This document shows, piece by piece, positions 1 to 10,715 of a DNA stretch of 64,000 nt. This stretch comes from a virus (taxonomy: Duplodnaviria; Caudoviricetes): positions 189,297-253,296 of IMG/VR virus record IMGVR_UViG_3300021256_000002. One strand, written 5' to 3'. Made by a program: the position numbers and the translations under genes. The notes under the pieces are model-generated. The model saw only the letters and a list, made by a program, of their open reading frames with translations. It did no database searches and was not told the origin of the DNA. Position 1 is the first letter of the stretch, and every line of letters begins with the position of its first letter.

Positions 1-1248
1 CTTAAACGTCGGGATATTGATGAAGTTGGATTAGTACATTTTATCGGTAACGTACCGTCAAGTACTTTAACGAATATTAGGCGAGTTGTTGAGTATGCTG
101 ACCGTCATTGGGACGAAGATCCGTTCGCCATCATGGAATGGATGAAATCAAACAAGATCCAAGATACTGAACATTCTAGTGGAAATAACAACCTGAACAA
201 GTTGCAATCAGTAAATGACGTTAAGCGTAGTTTGCGTGCTAATTGCGTTGATATAGCAACAATCGTGCACCAAGCGGCTAAGATTCAAGGTTATGAGCAT
301 ATAATAGCACATACTCAATATATCAAATCATCTGATTGGTTTGGACCAGGACATTTCTATTGTTGCTTTTCATCCAAGCAAGGTAAATGGCATATATTCC
401 ATTTTATCCCAGAAGATAAAAATGGTATTACAATCAATTACGATGAAAAGCATACCACCAAGCCTCATGATATGCAATACACAATCAATAGATATATTAA
501 GGAATGGTTAGACCCTCATTTTCATAGCATATATAGTGATAGAAAATCATCAACCGAAATAATTGATGATAATAAATTATTGTATTGGGATATGCTAGTA
601 AATAAGAAAGAACCTCAACTTGTGCTTGTACGCTCATTTCAATTTATTTCAGCAGTTGTTAAACTAAATGAAGTCTTGTCTAAATATGACTGGGCTCAAG
701 TTGTCAATGGTAAAAAATTACCAGACGGTAAATGGGACGAGAAGAATTATCGTACTCTAAACCCAAGGACATTCGAATTACTTCGTGCAGGGTGTTGCTG
801 GGATTATGTCCTTTATGAGCAAGAATGGTTCAAAAAGTATTTCCCATTCATAAAAACCCATTTGTATTATGCAGAGGGTGGTATTAATGGGCACGCCTAT
901 CAAACTCATACATGGATAAGTTTTGAAATTCCATACGATCCTTGCGTATATGTGTTCGAAGCATCCTTTAAAAAGCATACTGGAATACATAAGTTTACCA
1001 AGAATTCTGAATCTGGTTTTAGTGCTGTGAAAGACTCCGTCGTACATTGGTTTATGAACATATTCCCGAATCCCAATTATACTGGAGTTGTATATGAAGT
1101 AACTAAACCAGTTCGTAAAGACATGAATACTGAAGAGTTTATGGCTCATTGTATTCGGAATGGTAAGATTGTGTATAAGAAAGGTGATTACCTTGAAAAG
1201 TTTATTCAACCTTTCATAGATAACAATTATAAGTTTACAGAGTCTTGA
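1..1248 (+). CDS. 5'-truncated protein with two transglutaminase/papain-like Cys domains
   Basis: Frame is open from base 1 (LKRRDIDE...), so the gene starts before the window. Motifs RANCVDIA...GHFY and RAGCCWDY...THTW...YVFE resemble C-H-D/E triads. Confidence 0.55.
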   Translation, partial: LKRRDIDEVGLVHFIGNVPSSTLTNIRRVVEYADRHWDEDPFAIMEWMKSNKIQDTEHSSGNNNLNKLQSVNDVKRSLRANCVDIATIVHQAAKIQGYEHIIAHTQYIKSSDWFGPGHFYCCFSSKQGKWHIFHFIPEDKNGITINYDEKHTTKPHDMQYTINRYIKEWLDPHFHSIYSDRKSSTEIIDDNKLLYWDMLVNKKEPQLVLVRSFQFISAVVKLNEVLSKYDWAQVVNGKKLPDGKWDEKNYRTLNPRTFELLRAGCCWDYVLYEQEWFKKYFPFIKTHLYYAEGGINGHAYQTHTWISFEIPYDPCVYVFEASFKKHTGIHKFTKNSESGFSAVKDSVVHWFMNIFPNPNYTGVVYEVTKPVRKDMNTEEFMAHCIRNGKIVYKKGDYLEKFIQPFIDNNYKFTES

Positions 1249-1267
1249 TATTCTAAACTTCATTTCG

Positions 1268-1280
1268 AATATATATTATA
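1268..1280 (+). promoter_or_regulatory. Early-type promoter motif AATATATATTAT (first of about 17 copies)
   Basis: Copies or variants on + at ~3687, 10722, 12248, 18191, 31308, 49016, 61577. Copies on - at ~15310, 20680, 31235, 42210, 43010, 45640, 47292, 56945, 60700. All point into a downstream RBS/start. Resembles the TATATTA-type early promoters of phiKZ/AR9. Confidence 0.8.
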
Positions 1281-1336
1281 AGAAAGTGAATAACAAATGG
1301 TTATTCGTAATTTAATTCATTTAAGGAGGTATAAGC

Positions 1337-2554
1337 ATGGAATTGTTTGAAAAAGGAATTCCTAACAACCTCAGTCGCCAGTCACTGAAAAAGGCTGGTA
1401 AATCGAAAAAGAAAATCGAAAAGGTACTTGCTGCAAATTTGCCGATGCTGGTAGATTTCTACTTTGGCAAGTATCAGAAAGGAGATGTTCGTGCTAAGTA
1501 TGAAGGTACGATTCTCCAGTTGCTTGGTTCACACGATTACTTCGTTGAACCGTTAGCAAGGCTGGTTAAGAAACTGGCTAAGCATAAGGAACTCGATGAG
1601 CTCCCGGCTGGTTTGTCTACGGTTCTGATGGATAACTTGGATGCTGTGCGTTCAATGTATCAGAAACAGAAGGCTAAGCTTTGCAGTAACGATAAGGTGA
1701 AGATTGATGATGTTACGGCAGCACGTCTTGACACGATGACTCGCTTGAGCGAACGTCTGATTCAGGAAACGACTGAAATCTGTAAGGTTATCAATACCAA
1801 AATCGTGAAGAAACTTGTGAAGGAACTTGGTATCGAACGCAAATATGCTGAGGAATTGGCATGCTGCTATGTGCCGAGTGAATATCTCAATACCAAAAAC
1901 ATTCGTCGGTATGTATATCGGCTGAATCTTACTCTGTATTCCGTACAGGGCGTTGGTGTTGTGAATTCCGCATCGGATGATGCTGATAGCAAGTGGACTA
2001 ACACGATTGGGGCAAACCTGAGCGATCCTGAAACCATCAAGAAGATTTATGAAATCTTCTTCAAGGGGATTAACCGTAAGACGTTTATCTCTTTGCTGAT
2101 TGGTATCATGCTCGAACGCCGTGGCGGCAAGCTTGAACATTTCAAGGATCCGCAGCGTTGGCTTTACAATGACATCAGCACTCTTGTGTTGAATGTTCTT
2201 GAGGGCACTGACTTCATCAATATCGAAAAAGAGAAGTTGTCTAAGAAGAAGGCCAAGAAAGTTCTGCCTATTAACAAGAAGGAACTCAAAGCGTTCATGA
2301 AGATTTATTCCGATGAAAAGGCACGTGATGCTATGCGGAATAATGATTCTCCGCGTCGTGTATCCTTCACTTCGTTGAGTGAAGAAGACTATCCGAAGAT
2401 TCGGAAAGCATTCCGTTCATCCACGAAGGATTACTTCAACGACTTGTTTGATGATGCACCGCAGCAGAATCAGAACCACAACAGACCCAACAATCAGAAG
2501 GGTCAGAACAACAATAACCGACAGAACCAGAATAACAATCGTCGGGATAAGTAA
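1337..2554 (+). CDS. Hypothetical protein with N/Q-rich C-terminal tail
   Basis: 405-aa ORF, AAGGAGG RBS, early promoter upstream, terminator downstream. Confidence 0.85.
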   Translation: MELFEKGIPNNLSRQSLKKAGKSKKKIEKVLAANLPMLVDFYFGKYQKGDVRAKYEGTILQLLGSHDYFVEPLARLVKKLAKHKELDELPAGLSTVLMDNLDAVRSMYQKQKAKLCSNDKVKIDDVTAARLDTMTRLSERLIQETTEICKVINTKIVKKLVKELGIERKYAEELACCYVPSEYLNTKNIRRYVYRLNLTLYSVQGVGVVNSASDDADSKWTNTIGANLSDPETIKKIYEIFFKGINRKTFISLLIGIMLERRGGKLEHFKDPQRWLYNDISTLVLNVLEGTDFINIEKEKLSKKKAKKVLPINKKELKAFMKIYSDEKARDAMRNNDSPRRVSFTSLSEEDYPKIRKAFRSSTKDYFNDLFDDAPQQNQNHNRPNNQKGQNNNNRQNQNNNRRDK

Positions 2555-2574
2555 GTCATAAGAGTTGATATTGT

Positions 2575-2609
2575 GGGCCCAGTTGGAATTGATACTGGGT
2601 CCTTTTTTT
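2575..2609 (+). terminator. Intrinsic terminator
   Basis: GGGCCCAGT/ACTGGGTCC stem followed by T7. Confidence 0.75.
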
Positions 2610-2630
2610 ATTCAAAAGGAGTATCTAGTT

Positions 2631-3617
2631 ATGATTACAATATACAATGAAATACCAGGTCGTAAAAGTTGGTCTGTAGTTGAAACGTACAAGAATAAGT
2701 ACGTTATCAAGAATGAAACCAATGAAAACCTTAATATAGATATTAATACAGATGGAAAAAACAAGTATGCTCAGGATATTGGACAAGCGTTTGACAAATC
2801 TACTACAAAATCCAATGTAACCTGTCACTTTAGTTACGGTACTGAAATCGGATTTAGTGCTAAATCCGGTAATCCGTATATCAGCAAGATTAGCGATGAG
2901 CCGACAGAATATGAACGTAATATCGTATTCATTACGCTTTATCTGCTGAATGACTTGGTGAATATTGGTGTAAAGAATGCTACGGTATACGAGCATGATT
3001 ATGATAGCGAAAATCATATTCTTACTATGGTGCTTTCTGCTGATAGAAAAGACACGAGCGATTACAAGGATATGGCTTTTCTGTACATCATCACCTCTGA
3101 TGGTAAAGAGGGGTATGAACGGTTGGTGTATCGGGTGAATGGACGGGAAATCAATTTGACCGCTAGGAGTACGTATTCTTCAGAAGATAGAATCCCTCGT
3201 AATAGTCATGGTTTGCCGAGATTCAGCACTAAGAGCATGATTATCAAGGACGTCAATGGAATTCCTAAACTGGCATTTCCTGTGTTCCGTCCTCGTCGTC
3301 CGTCTACGAATGTTATCTGCTGCTCTCAGAAGAGCATTCAGAGCGCGATTGATATCTTGACTGAAAAGTACCGGTATGAACCAAATTCCAAACGATTGGT
3401 ACTTCATACTCCAGCAGATTCCAAGGAATTGAAAAAGAAAATTGATTTCTTGGTTAAATACGGTATCAAGTACATCACGTACTTCTTCCCGACTGTTGAC
3501 AAGAAAGAGGTTTTCTCACCTGAGTTCTTGAGCAAGATGTATACCAACTACCGTGGGTACTACTTCAACCATATTGCTATTATGGATGCTGAAGGTAAAA
3601 TCTACCACATTTGCTAA
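2631..3617 (+). CDS. Hypothetical protein
   Basis: Start moved to ATG 2631 behind AAAGGAG. The track start at 2565 runs through the terminator. Confidence 0.8.
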   Translation: MITIYNEIPGRKSWSVVETYKNKYVIKNETNENLNIDINTDGKNKYAQDIGQAFDKSTTKSNVTCHFSYGTEIGFSAKSGNPYISKISDEPTEYERNIVFITLYLLNDLVNIGVKNATVYEHDYDSENHILTMVLSADRKDTSDYKDMAFLYIITSDGKEGYERLVYRVNGREINLTARSTYSSEDRIPRNSHGLPRFSTKSMIIKDVNGIPKLAFPVFRPRRPSTNVICCSQKSIQSAIDILTEKYRYEPNSKRLVLHTPADSKELKKKIDFLVKYGIKYITYFFPTVDKKEVFSPEFLSKMYTNYRGYYFNHIAIMDAEGKIYHIC

Positions 3618-3636
3618 TCATAAAACTGAATAAATT

Positions 3637-3674
3637 TAATTCCCTAGAGGTTCCAAACCTCTAGGGAATTTTTT
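3637..3674 (+). terminator. Intrinsic terminator
   Basis: AATTCCCTAGAGGT/ACCTCTAGGGAATT stem plus T tract. Confidence 0.8.
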
Positions 3675-3743
3675 AAAGTAGATTATAAATACATATTATA
3701 TTCGTGACACAAATTTAATCTATAATTGAAAGGATGAAAGATA

Positions 3744-5126
3744 ATGACAGTTAGAGGAAAGATAATTGAAGCGTTAGAAAAACGTGCAAGAAGAGCTGCT
3801 ATATTCGAACAAGTTGGTGGATATAGTACGTCTTCTTTGCTACTTGATAGTTTATTGAAAAGTGATAAGAAAGGATTATTCAAGGTCGATAACACTTCTA
3901 TTTTCGGGTTTCCTTCTGGAAATCCGCTTATTGACGCCTTGAATGGATATTTGGTCTGTGTACCAAATAAAGACCATACAGATTTAGACCATACTTGGTA
4001 TAATAAAGGTATCATGGGTGGTCAGTTCATTATGGTAATTGGTAACTCTGGTGTAGGTAAATCTGCATTCTGTATTCAATGCGCTGCCAACATCGTAAAA
4101 GATTATGATGAAGGATTGGTTATTCATGCAGATGCAGAACATACTTCAAGTTATCCTCATATCATGAATCTCACTGGTTGGGGTCCTGATTTGATGGATA
4201 CGAAATATCGTCTGAATGAAATCAACTATATCGAGGACTTGCGCGCTGCGATTATTGATATTGCTCGTATCAAGGAAGAACATAAGAAAGAGTTGATTAT
4301 CCATACGGGTCGATATGATTCTTTCGGTAGAGAAATCAAAATTTATGTGCCGACGGTAATTATCGCAGATTCGTTACCTCAGTTCCAGACGAAAGAAATC
4401 CTTGATAAGGATGGTAATGTTCAGGCAGAACAGGAAGGTCAGACTTATGATATGCGCTTAGCTGCTGCTTATAGTAAGTTCTATAAAATCATGAGACCAA
4501 TTCTTCATGATAAGAATATCATTCTGTTTGTAACCAATCATATCAAGGAGAAACCTCAGATGGGCTTTACGAAGAAACAAGCCAAGATTCAAGGTCTATC
4601 CCCAGATGAAACTTTGCCGGGTGGTAGTGCACCGATTTATCTGTCTCAGTCTTTGATTAGATTGATTTATCGTGGTAAATGCATTACTGAAAAGCATGGT
4701 TTCAATGGTTATGTTACTGCCGTACAGACGCTCAAATCCAAAACAAATCGTTCTGATTTGACTGTTGAGTTGGTATTTGAACATGGTAAAGGATTCAACA
4801 CCCCATTATCTATGTTGAGATTTGCTGATAGTCTTGGTCTTGTTGGTGGTAGAAATCCGTACAGATATTTCACTGCTAATCCAGATAAGAAATTTAGTAC
4901 GAAGAATTTCTGTGATTCCATCGACAAGGACCCTGAGATATACCAAACTCTGCTGAAGATAACAGAACCTTATATCAACAACATTTGTGCATCGAACAAA
5001 GCTTTCAATCCGAACAAGGATATCTCAGCCGCACAGCTTGAAAGTGTTGTTGATAACTCGTTCCATATGTACAAAGACGTTAGCAAAGATACTTTAGCTG
5101 ACGCATTAGAGGGGATTGGAGCATGA
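3744..5126 (+). CDS. recA: RecA/UvsX-like recombinase
   Basis: Walker A GNSGVGKS, HADAEH, Walker B IIADS, VTNHI, PGGSA, KSKT. Confidence 0.9.
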   Translation: MTVRGKIIEALEKRARRAAIFEQVGGYSTSSLLLDSLLKSDKKGLFKVDNTSIFGFPSGNPLIDALNGYLVCVPNKDHTDLDHTWYNKGIMGGQFIMVIGNSGVGKSAFCIQCAANIVKDYDEGLVIHADAEHTSSYPHIMNLTGWGPDLMDTKYRLNEINYIEDLRAAIIDIARIKEEHKKELIIHTGRYDSFGREIKIYVPTVIIADSLPQFQTKEILDKDGNVQAEQEGQTYDMRLAAAYSKFYKIMRPILHDKNIILFVTNHIKEKPQMGFTKKQAKIQGLSPDETLPGGSAPIYLSQSLIRLIYRGKCITEKHGFNGYVTAVQTLKSKTNRSDLTVELVFEHGKGFNTPLSMLRFADSLGLVGGRNPYRYFTANPDKKFSTKNFCDSIDKDPEIYQTLLKITEPYINNICASNKAFNPNKDISAAQLESVVDNSFHMYKDVSKDTLADALEGIGA

Positions 5127-6889
5127 ATGGCTTACTAGAGAAGTATGATGGTCCTTTGTTATTAGGTGAAATAAACCCTAAGGACTGGGTTATGTGTAAC
5201 ACCATATATCAAAGGCCAACAAAAGAAACCAAATGGCATGATTATGCATATTTGGTATTGAAGAATGTAAAGACCGGGGAGAAGAAGTTGTTTACTGCAA
5301 TGGACCCGGAAATGCTCATATATGTAGTAAATGAAGATGAGCGGGACTACAATTACTGTCCCGCTTATAGACCATTGAAAGAGTGTACTCCAGTACGAGT
5401 TAAGTATAAAGCTGTACTGGATGCAATTGCTCAAGTTGGAGGAGAAAAGTGCAAACAATTCTTGACTTCCAACAGAAAAGCCGGTGCTAGAAATCTGTGT
5501 AAGGAGCTTTTTAAGTATCCTTATGTACTTGGAGCCGACTATGATTATACAGATTATCTTAGAATAGAATGGGCTTTGCATTATCATAACAACGATATCC
5601 ATGTTCACGTAGATAAGATGTTCATGGATATCGAGGTTGATGGTATTGATGTACCAGGGTTCCCAAAACCTGGTGAATGCCCAGTTAATGCAGTTTCATT
5701 AATAGATGAAGCTTCATCAACCGTATTCGTATTCTTACTGAGAAATGAAAAGAATCCTCAGATAGAAGAATTCGAACGGAATATGAATACGCATATTGCG
5801 GAATATCACGAAGCTTTTGATGAAAGTTATGGTGAGTTAGATTATAAAATAGCATTCTTCGATAAAGAGATAGATTTGATTGCAGCGGTATTTGAAGTAA
5901 TCAATACTCTCAAACGAGATATCTTAGGTATCTGGAATATGGGGTTCGATATTCCGTTCCTCATTGAGCGTATTCGAGTACTTGGGTACGACCCTGCAAG
6001 CATTATTTGTAGCCCAGATTTTGCTACAAAGATTCTCAATTATCGTAAAGATACAAAACAGCATGATTTCAAGAGAAAGAATGATGTATTCTTAGTAACT
6101 GCGTATACGGTATATATCGACCAGATGGGTACATATATCAAGATACGTAAACAATTCGCTGAGCAGAAGTCTTTGAAGTTGAATGCAATTGCTCAGAAAG
6201 AGTTGAAGGATACAAAACTTGATTATAGCGATGAAGCTAACATCAAGACTTTACCTTATGAGAATTTCCCGCTATTCGTAATGTATAATATTAAGGATAC
6301 TTTATTACAGCTTGGGATTGAAAGAAAGACCCATGATATGGATACGGTATTCTTAAATACCTTATCGAATGCGACTCCGTTTCATAAGATATTCAGTCAG
6401 ACTCAAGTACTGAAGAATCATGCATATATATCGTATTTTACTCAAGGTTATATCATTGGTAACAATCGTAATATCGATTATACCAAAGATAGATTTAATG
6501 ATGATGAAGAGGAAGCGGCGGTCAAGAAGAAGAAAGAGGTTGAGGGCGCACTTGTTGGTGACCCTGAACTCAATCTTCATGTCGGAATCGAAATGTATGG
6601 GATGAAATCAAAATACATCTTCCCATATGTAATCGACTTTGACTATAGCTCCCTTTACCCATCGATAATTATAGCGTTCAATATTGGTCGTGAAACGATG
6701 ATTGGCAAATTGGTTCTTGATGGATTTGCTCATCTGAATCCTGACCCAACTGATATTCTATATGACCAAGGACGTCATTTTATAGAAGCTTTATTATCCA
6801 AGGACTATTCGTATATAGGGAAGACGTATTTCAATCTTCCCGATATAGAAGAATGTGTAAAGGACTTGGATGAGATATATAAAATCTAG
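5123..6889 (+). CDS. Family B DNA polymerase, N-terminal subunit (3'-5' exonuclease plus motif A)
   Basis: ExoI DIEVD, ExoII WNMGFDIPF, ExoIII YNIKD, motif A DFDYSSLYPSII. Motifs B and C are absent. Confidence 0.92.
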   Translation: MNGLLEKYDGPLLLGEINPKDWVMCNTIYQRPTKETKWHDYAYLVLKNVKTGEKKLFTAMDPEMLIYVVNEDERDYNYCPAYRPLKECTPVRVKYKAVLDAIAQVGGEKCKQFLTSNRKAGARNLCKELFKYPYVLGADYDYTDYLRIEWALHYHNNDIHVHVDKMFMDIEVDGIDVPGFPKPGECPVNAVSLIDEASSTVFVFLLRNEKNPQIEEFERNMNTHIAEYHEAFDESYGELDYKIAFFDKEIDLIAAVFEVINTLKRDILGIWNMGFDIPFLIERIRVLGYDPASIICSPDFATKILNYRKDTKQHDFKRKNDVFLVTAYTVYIDQMGTYIKIRKQFAEQKSLKLNAIAQKELKDTKLDYSDEANIKTLPYENFPLFVMYNIKDTLLQLGIERKTHDMDTVFLNTLSNATPFHKIFSQTQVLKNHAYISYFTQGYIIGNNRNIDYTKDRFNDDEEEAAVKKKKEVEGALVGDPELNLHVGIEMYGMKSKYIFPYVIDFDYSSLYPSIIIAFNIGRETMIGKLVLDGFAHLNPDPTDILYDQGRHFIEALLSKDYSYIGKTYFNLPDIEECVKDLDEIYKI

Positions 6890-6901
6890 GAGGTATTTTT
6901 A

Positions 6902-7507
6902 ATGGAGACAGATATCAATCAGAACGAAGCACTACATAAGGAGATAATGAGTGAGCTTTATCAGCTTTATGTAGGAAAATTTCCTATTCAACAGGACATG
7001 TTCCACATCGGTGTTATTGGAAGCGGTAACGAATACATGTCTGGTAGATTGGCGCTTGCACTTAGTAAGTTTAAACGACTGAGTAAGGTTCATGCAAATG
7101 GTGCTGATATGCCACCAATAGTAATATATTCAGTGACCGAAAGTATTCGTAAGAGTTTGATGGATTTTGCTATTGAAGTCACCTATGCATTGGTTGAACT
7201 CGCAGACGAAGGTGGTGAGGCACCAAAGTTTGTTAAGAAGACATACGATGATCTTCATAAGCTTTATATCAAAAAGAATATGGATTATGGCGACAGCTTC
7301 CATTTAACTTTCCTTGAAGAAGGATTTGCCATGTCAAGGATTCGTCTTAATGATAAAGTTAGCAGGTTCAGTACTTTATCTAAGACCAAAGATCTTAAAG
7401 GTCAGGTATCAGATGAAAGTATTCAGGATACCTTGTTAGATGCGTTGAATTATTCTGTTATGAGTGTAATGGAGATAGACCGCGATGGCAAAAAAAGTGC
7501 AGAGTGA
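6902..7507 (+). CDS. DUF1599-type nucleotide-modification-associated domain protein
   Basis: C-terminal KKNMDYGDSF...RLNDKVSR...DESIQDTLLDALNYSVM. Confidence 0.75.
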   Translation: METDINQNEALHKEIMSELYQLYVGKFPIQQDMFHIGVIGSGNEYMSGRLALALSKFKRLSKVHANGADMPPIVIYSVTESIRKSLMDFAIEVTYALVELADEGGEAPKFVKKTYDDLHKLYIKKNMDYGDSFHLTFLEEGFAMSRIRLNDKVSRFSTLSKTKDLKGQVSDESIQDTLLDALNYSVMSVMEIDRDGKKSAE

Positions 7508-8159
7508 TTGGCTTGATAATTCCAAGCTGAGAAAACCTTTATATGAGTTTAATCAAGCAATCAAGCAAGTCTATACTGAGTATAGATTCCTTGACGACTT
7601 GGTGATTCCATTGTTTATGAATTCAATCAAGAATAAAACGCTCTTCAAAAAGAGCCTGTTTCATTGGCGCGGTAAGAAATGGGACTTCTTGAATAACTGT
7701 GCAGTTGACCCTGAAGGACTCAATAAAGCCCTCAAGAATAAGGGTTATGAGTATCGTGAAGATGGTACTGAAAAGTATCTCAAGAGCTTGAAAGATGGTG
7801 AAGAGTACTTCGTCAGCACAGAACTTAGCGAAAAACAGATTGAAGATTCTGGCTCGTACATTGGAATGACTGAACTTAGAAGAATCCGTGCAAATGAACC
7901 AATTGGAGGGTATGTTCTAAGTCCTGAAGACATTAAAGCTCTGCTGGAGTATCAATCTATTGAACGTGTAATTGCGAACGATGATGGTATCGACGTGAAG
8001 ATGATTATGCTAAAAGAAGTCTTCCCAATGATTAAGAAAGCTGATACTATCAATATTACGGTCTATAAGACTGAACTGGAAAATGTGTATGATATCGTAA
8101 TTGAATCAATTACAGAGAGTTGGTCGTTTGTATCGGCACATTCTATCGTGAATTACTAA
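7485..8159 (+). CDS. Hypothetical protein
   Basis: 224-aa ORF overlapping the previous gene; terminator hairpin at 8163-8194. Confidence 0.8.
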   Translation: MAKKVQSDWLDNSKLRKPLYEFNQAIKQVYTEYRFLDDLVIPLFMNSIKNKTLFKKSLFHWRGKKWDFLNNCAVDPEGLNKALKNKGYEYREDGTEKYLKSLKDGEEYFVSTELSEKQIEDSGSYIGMTELRRIRANEPIGGYVLSPEDIKALLEYQSIERVIANDDGIDVKMIMLKEVFPMIKKADTINITVYKTELENVYDIVIESITESWSFVSAHSIVNY

Positions 8160-8237
8160 GAGAAAAGGAATAGGCATAGCCTATTCCTTTTTTTGGTACT
8201 CGACAAATCTTCTAATATATAAGGGGGCGAACTAATA

Positions 8238-10679
8238 ATGGCTAAAAAGACGTCTTCACAAGATATTGTAGATGCTGTCACGACTAAAAAGAATATAAAT
8301 GATATAAAGAAGCAAAATGACGTCATTCAGAAGATGATAAATAACTTTAAGTCTATTCCTATCATCTCTTCTAAACGTAATGACGATAAGCTTGATACTC
8401 TTGCAAAAGAGTTGGATGATATCATCGATAAAGAAACTGGTAGGTACGTGAGCAAATCACAAGTAACGTCAGGAAAGGATTTGGCGTTATTTTTTAATTC
8501 GCTCATGACGAAAGCTATCAAAGGTGATAGTCCTACATCTAACTTCAATCCCAGTATGAATAAGCAGTCATTCACTGATTTGATGAATGACCAAACTGCT
8601 CAAGCTGCAATGGTTCTCAGCGAACGCTATAAGAATATCAATTCGATGTATGAAGATATTCGAATGGTAACTGAGCAGTTATCTGAATTGGCAACCGTTG
8701 TTGATACTATGCGAGATACGATAACGAATAACGATAATCTTGTATCCGACTTATCTCGTATTGTGTCTTATGGTGAAATCAATAGTGATGATACTAAATC
8801 TGCCAATGACCTTGATACGGTTTATGCTATGGAGAAAGCGACTGGTATCAAGAATCTTCTTAAGAAGCAAATCATTCCGAATACTCTTAAGTATGGTAAC
8901 TATTTCGTATATACTCAGCCGTATAAAGAAGTATTCGCCAAGTTTAAAGCTTATGAAGAAAAGTATAAGCATGATCCGTTTAGTATGAATGCTCGTTCAT
9001 CTTCAAAGATTACTCGTGTAGGTGAAAACTACACGCCTGTACAAGAAGATACTCAGGTATTGACTGAGTTCTATAACGAGTTTTCTAATAGTATCAATGA
9101 TACTTTCTTGAATGAAAGTGTTGATAATAAGTATAATGAAAAGAAGTTTGTTGATGACATGGAATCCTATTTTGAAGGTATTGACGTAATCAACGATGAT
9201 TCTATTCCTCTCATGGAAGATTCAGCCATCGCTGCATTAAGTAATGCTAAGGTTCGTGATTCTATTCTCAAAACTATCAATAACAAAAAGAAATCCAAGA
9301 CTTGGAATGTTATCAGTCATTCTCCTGGCACTTCCAAGAATGGCGCATTTCATGATGGTGTACTTGGTGTGCATGGTGATGGATTTGACTTTGATAAAAC
9401 TCAAGATAAGTATCTTGCTCAATTTGCAGATGTATCTGGTGTTTATATCAAGACATATGACCCTGGAAAGGTTATTCCTGTATACATGATGGATTATTGT
9501 ATTGGATACTACGTTCTGTATGAGTCTGCTCAGAAAATCAGTTCTCATGCAATGAACGCAATTCATACTTTATCCCGTACATCTGTTCTCTTCCAGAATG
9601 ATATGAAGAAGAACTTCGAAGAGAAGTTGATTGGTATTATTGCAGATAGAATCTGTAAGAGTATCGATAAAGACTTCTTAAAGCAGAATAGTCAGTTCAA
9701 AGAATTGATTGCGAATGCAATTTCGTATGATGATTTCTACAAGAAGTCATTCAAGGTTCAGTTCGTATCTTCTTCTTACATTACTCATTTCAAGATCAAT
9801 GAAGATCCTGATACTCATATGGGCACATCTGTACTGAAGAAATCTTTGTATTATGCGATGTTGTACTTGACTCTTCTGAATTTCAAAATCATCATGATTA
9901 CGACTCGTTCTATGGATACTCGAATGTTCCTTATTCACGTATCTGAAGAAGACCAAGATATATCTGGTCGTGTAAATAAGGTAATTGGGCAATTCAAACA
10001 GAATCAGATTTCATACAACGACTTTGGTTCTGTTCGTGGTATTCTGTCCAAGGTTGGTAAAGGTCATGATATTGGTATTCCGATGACTCCATCTGGTGAT
10101 AGGGCATTTGACGTTGAAGTAATGCAAGGTCAGCAGTATGATTTGGATACTCCATTGACCGATATGCTTCGTAAGGGAATGATTTCCAATACAGGCTGTC
10201 CTTCTGCAATGATGAGCGCGATGGATGAACTTGATTTCGCTCGTCAGTTACCGATGCTTCATGCAAATTACGTTGCTAGAATGATTGGTATACAGGAAGA
10301 AACTGAGCCAACTGTGACTGAGTTGTATCAAAAGCTGTTGTATTTTGGTGGATACGAAACTGACGATGATAAACTTGATTCTTTTGAATTCAAGTGGTCT
10401 CGTCCGAAGTCCATCAATATCACCAATACAACAGAAATGATAAGTAATGCTGATCAGATGGCTGAATTCATGATAAAGGTAATCGAGGGTGAAAACACTC
10501 AAAGTGATCCTCGTATCAAGGATAAGTACTTCAAATATATCATCACGAAGATGTTGTTACCTGGTGTATACGATTGGAGTCGTATGGAGCAGGATTTGAA
10601 GGAATTCAAGCTCGACCTTCGTGCCGATATGAAGGAAGAACAGGCTGCTCAAATCAAAGCACAAGCAGACCAGCAGTAA
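8238..10679 (+). CDS. Portal protein (T4 gp20-like fold, jumbo phage type)
   Basis: LKYGNYF; TRMFLIHV...DIGIPM...FDVEVMQGQ...NTGCPSAMM...DFARQL aligns by eye with the gp20 clip/stem region. Late-type motif (7-nt spacer variant) at 8202-8215. Confidence 0.75.
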   Translation: MAKKTSSQDIVDAVTTKKNINDIKKQNDVIQKMINNFKSIPIISSKRNDDKLDTLAKELDDIIDKETGRYVSKSQVTSGKDLALFFNSLMTKAIKGDSPTSNFNPSMNKQSFTDLMNDQTAQAAMVLSERYKNINSMYEDIRMVTEQLSELATVVDTMRDTITNNDNLVSDLSRIVSYGEINSDDTKSANDLDTVYAMEKATGIKNLLKKQIIPNTLKYGNYFVYTQPYKEVFAKFKAYEEKYKHDPFSMNARSSSKITRVGENYTPVQEDTQVLTEFYNEFSNSINDTFLNESVDNKYNEKKFVDDMESYFEGIDVINDDSIPLMEDSAIAALSNAKVRDSILKTINNKKKSKTWNVISHSPGTSKNGAFHDGVLGVHGDGFDFDKTQDKYLAQFADVSGVYIKTYDPGKVIPVYMMDYCIGYYVLYESAQKISSHAMNAIHTLSRTSVLFQNDMKKNFEEKLIGIIADRICKSIDKDFLKQNSQFKELIANAISYDDFYKKSFKVQFVSSSYITHFKINEDPDTHMGTSVLKKSLYYAMLYLTLLNFKIIMITTRSMDTRMFLIHVSEEDQDISGRVNKVIGQFKQNQISYNDFGSVRGILSKVGKGHDIGIPMTPSGDRAFDVEVMQGQQYDLDTPLTDMLRKGMISNTGCPSAMMSAMDELDFARQLPMLHANYVARMIGIQEETEPTVTELYQKLLYFGGYETDDDKLDSFEFKWSRPKSINITNTTEMISNADQMAEFMIKVIEGENTQSDPRIKDKYFKYIITKMLLPGVYDWSRMEQDLKEFKLDLRADMKEEQAAQIKAQADQQ

Positions 10680-10682
10680 ACG

Positions 10683-10715
10683 AATTGAAGAACCGTTTTT
10701 CGGTTCTTCAATTTT
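10683..10715 (+). terminator. Intrinsic terminator
   Basis: AATTGAAGAACCG/CGGTTCTTCAATT stem plus T tract. Confidence 0.8.
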
